Of a DNA stretch of 57,849 bases, positions 57,628-57,849 are shown in pieces. Below the pieces are notes generated by a model. That model was not told the origin of the DNA. It saw nothing but the letters and a program-made list of their open reading frames with translations, and did not search any database. Position 1 is the stretch's first letter. Each line of letters opens with the position of its first letter. The translations under genes and the position numbers were made by a program. Source of the stretch: Faecousia sp. (lineage in GTDB: Bacteria; Bacillota; Clostridia; Oscillospirales; Oscillospiraceae). The stretch covers positions 1 through 57,849 of the forward strand of contig JAZRZT010000073.1 in assembly GCA_045601475.1 (NCBI GenBank). Direction: 5' to 3'.

Positions 57628-57794
57628 AAAAGACCGAAACAACATTAGTTGTTTCGGTCTTTTTCAGTCTTATGGAGAGATTCGAATAATCTAAATGCAA
57701 CAGTCCGTTGGACTGTTGCTGTGACCAGTGCAAACACTGGTCACTACAATAATTTTTGCCGCAGGCAAAAATGTAAACGAATCTCGACACTCGG
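57607..57794. repeat. 17-bp direct repeat of the tRNA 3' end flanking a multi-hairpin element
   Basis: CGAATCTCGACACTCGG at 57607-57623 and 57778-57794; three perfect hairpins between them. Confidence 0.85.
57627..57664 (+). terminator. Terminator after tRNA-Pro(GGG)
   Basis: AAAAAGACCGAAACAAC-atta-GTTGTTTCGGTCTTTTT. Confidence 0.9.
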
Positions 57795-57849
57795 GTTATA
57801 AATTCCCCAAAAATAGTTGAAAAATCTGTAAAATAATGCTTGATTTTCT

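Overview
Core chromosome of a spore-forming clostridial gut bacterium (Oscillospiraceae/Ruminococcaceae-like, inferred from gene content). It holds the 3' end of polA, rimI-tsaD, an eight-gene shikimate/Phe/Tyr operon, a membrane kinase-like receptor divergent from a zinc-ribbon/Ig protein, ispE, addBA, spoVAD/E, ireB, T-box-controlled pheST and valS, nnrD, mazF, a dac carboxypeptidase, udg, spoIIAA-AB-sigF, pcrA-yunB-ligA, a SleC-like germination locus, asnB, bsh, glnA, spoIVFB-like/radical SAM genes and two tRNA-Pro genes. No CRISPR array, prophage or transposase was seen. The most interesting signals are mostly absent from the ORF track: (1) a Phe/Tyr-rich leader peptide with attenuator hairpins before the aro operon; (2) a 40-aa microprotein that is 85% Asn/Gln, downstream of spoVAE; (3) a SleC cortex hydrolase split into separate pre-domain and mature-enzyme genes; (4) hairpins in which a sporulation-promoter -10 element pairs with the downstream RBS/ATG; (5) a structured 171-bp element bounded by a duplicated tRNA-Pro 3' end; (6) a MazF without its antitoxin, a probable pseudokinase, a DnaA-box cluster and an in-frame TGA in valS that may be an assembly error. 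All family assignments come from motif recognition by eye; no database searches were run.
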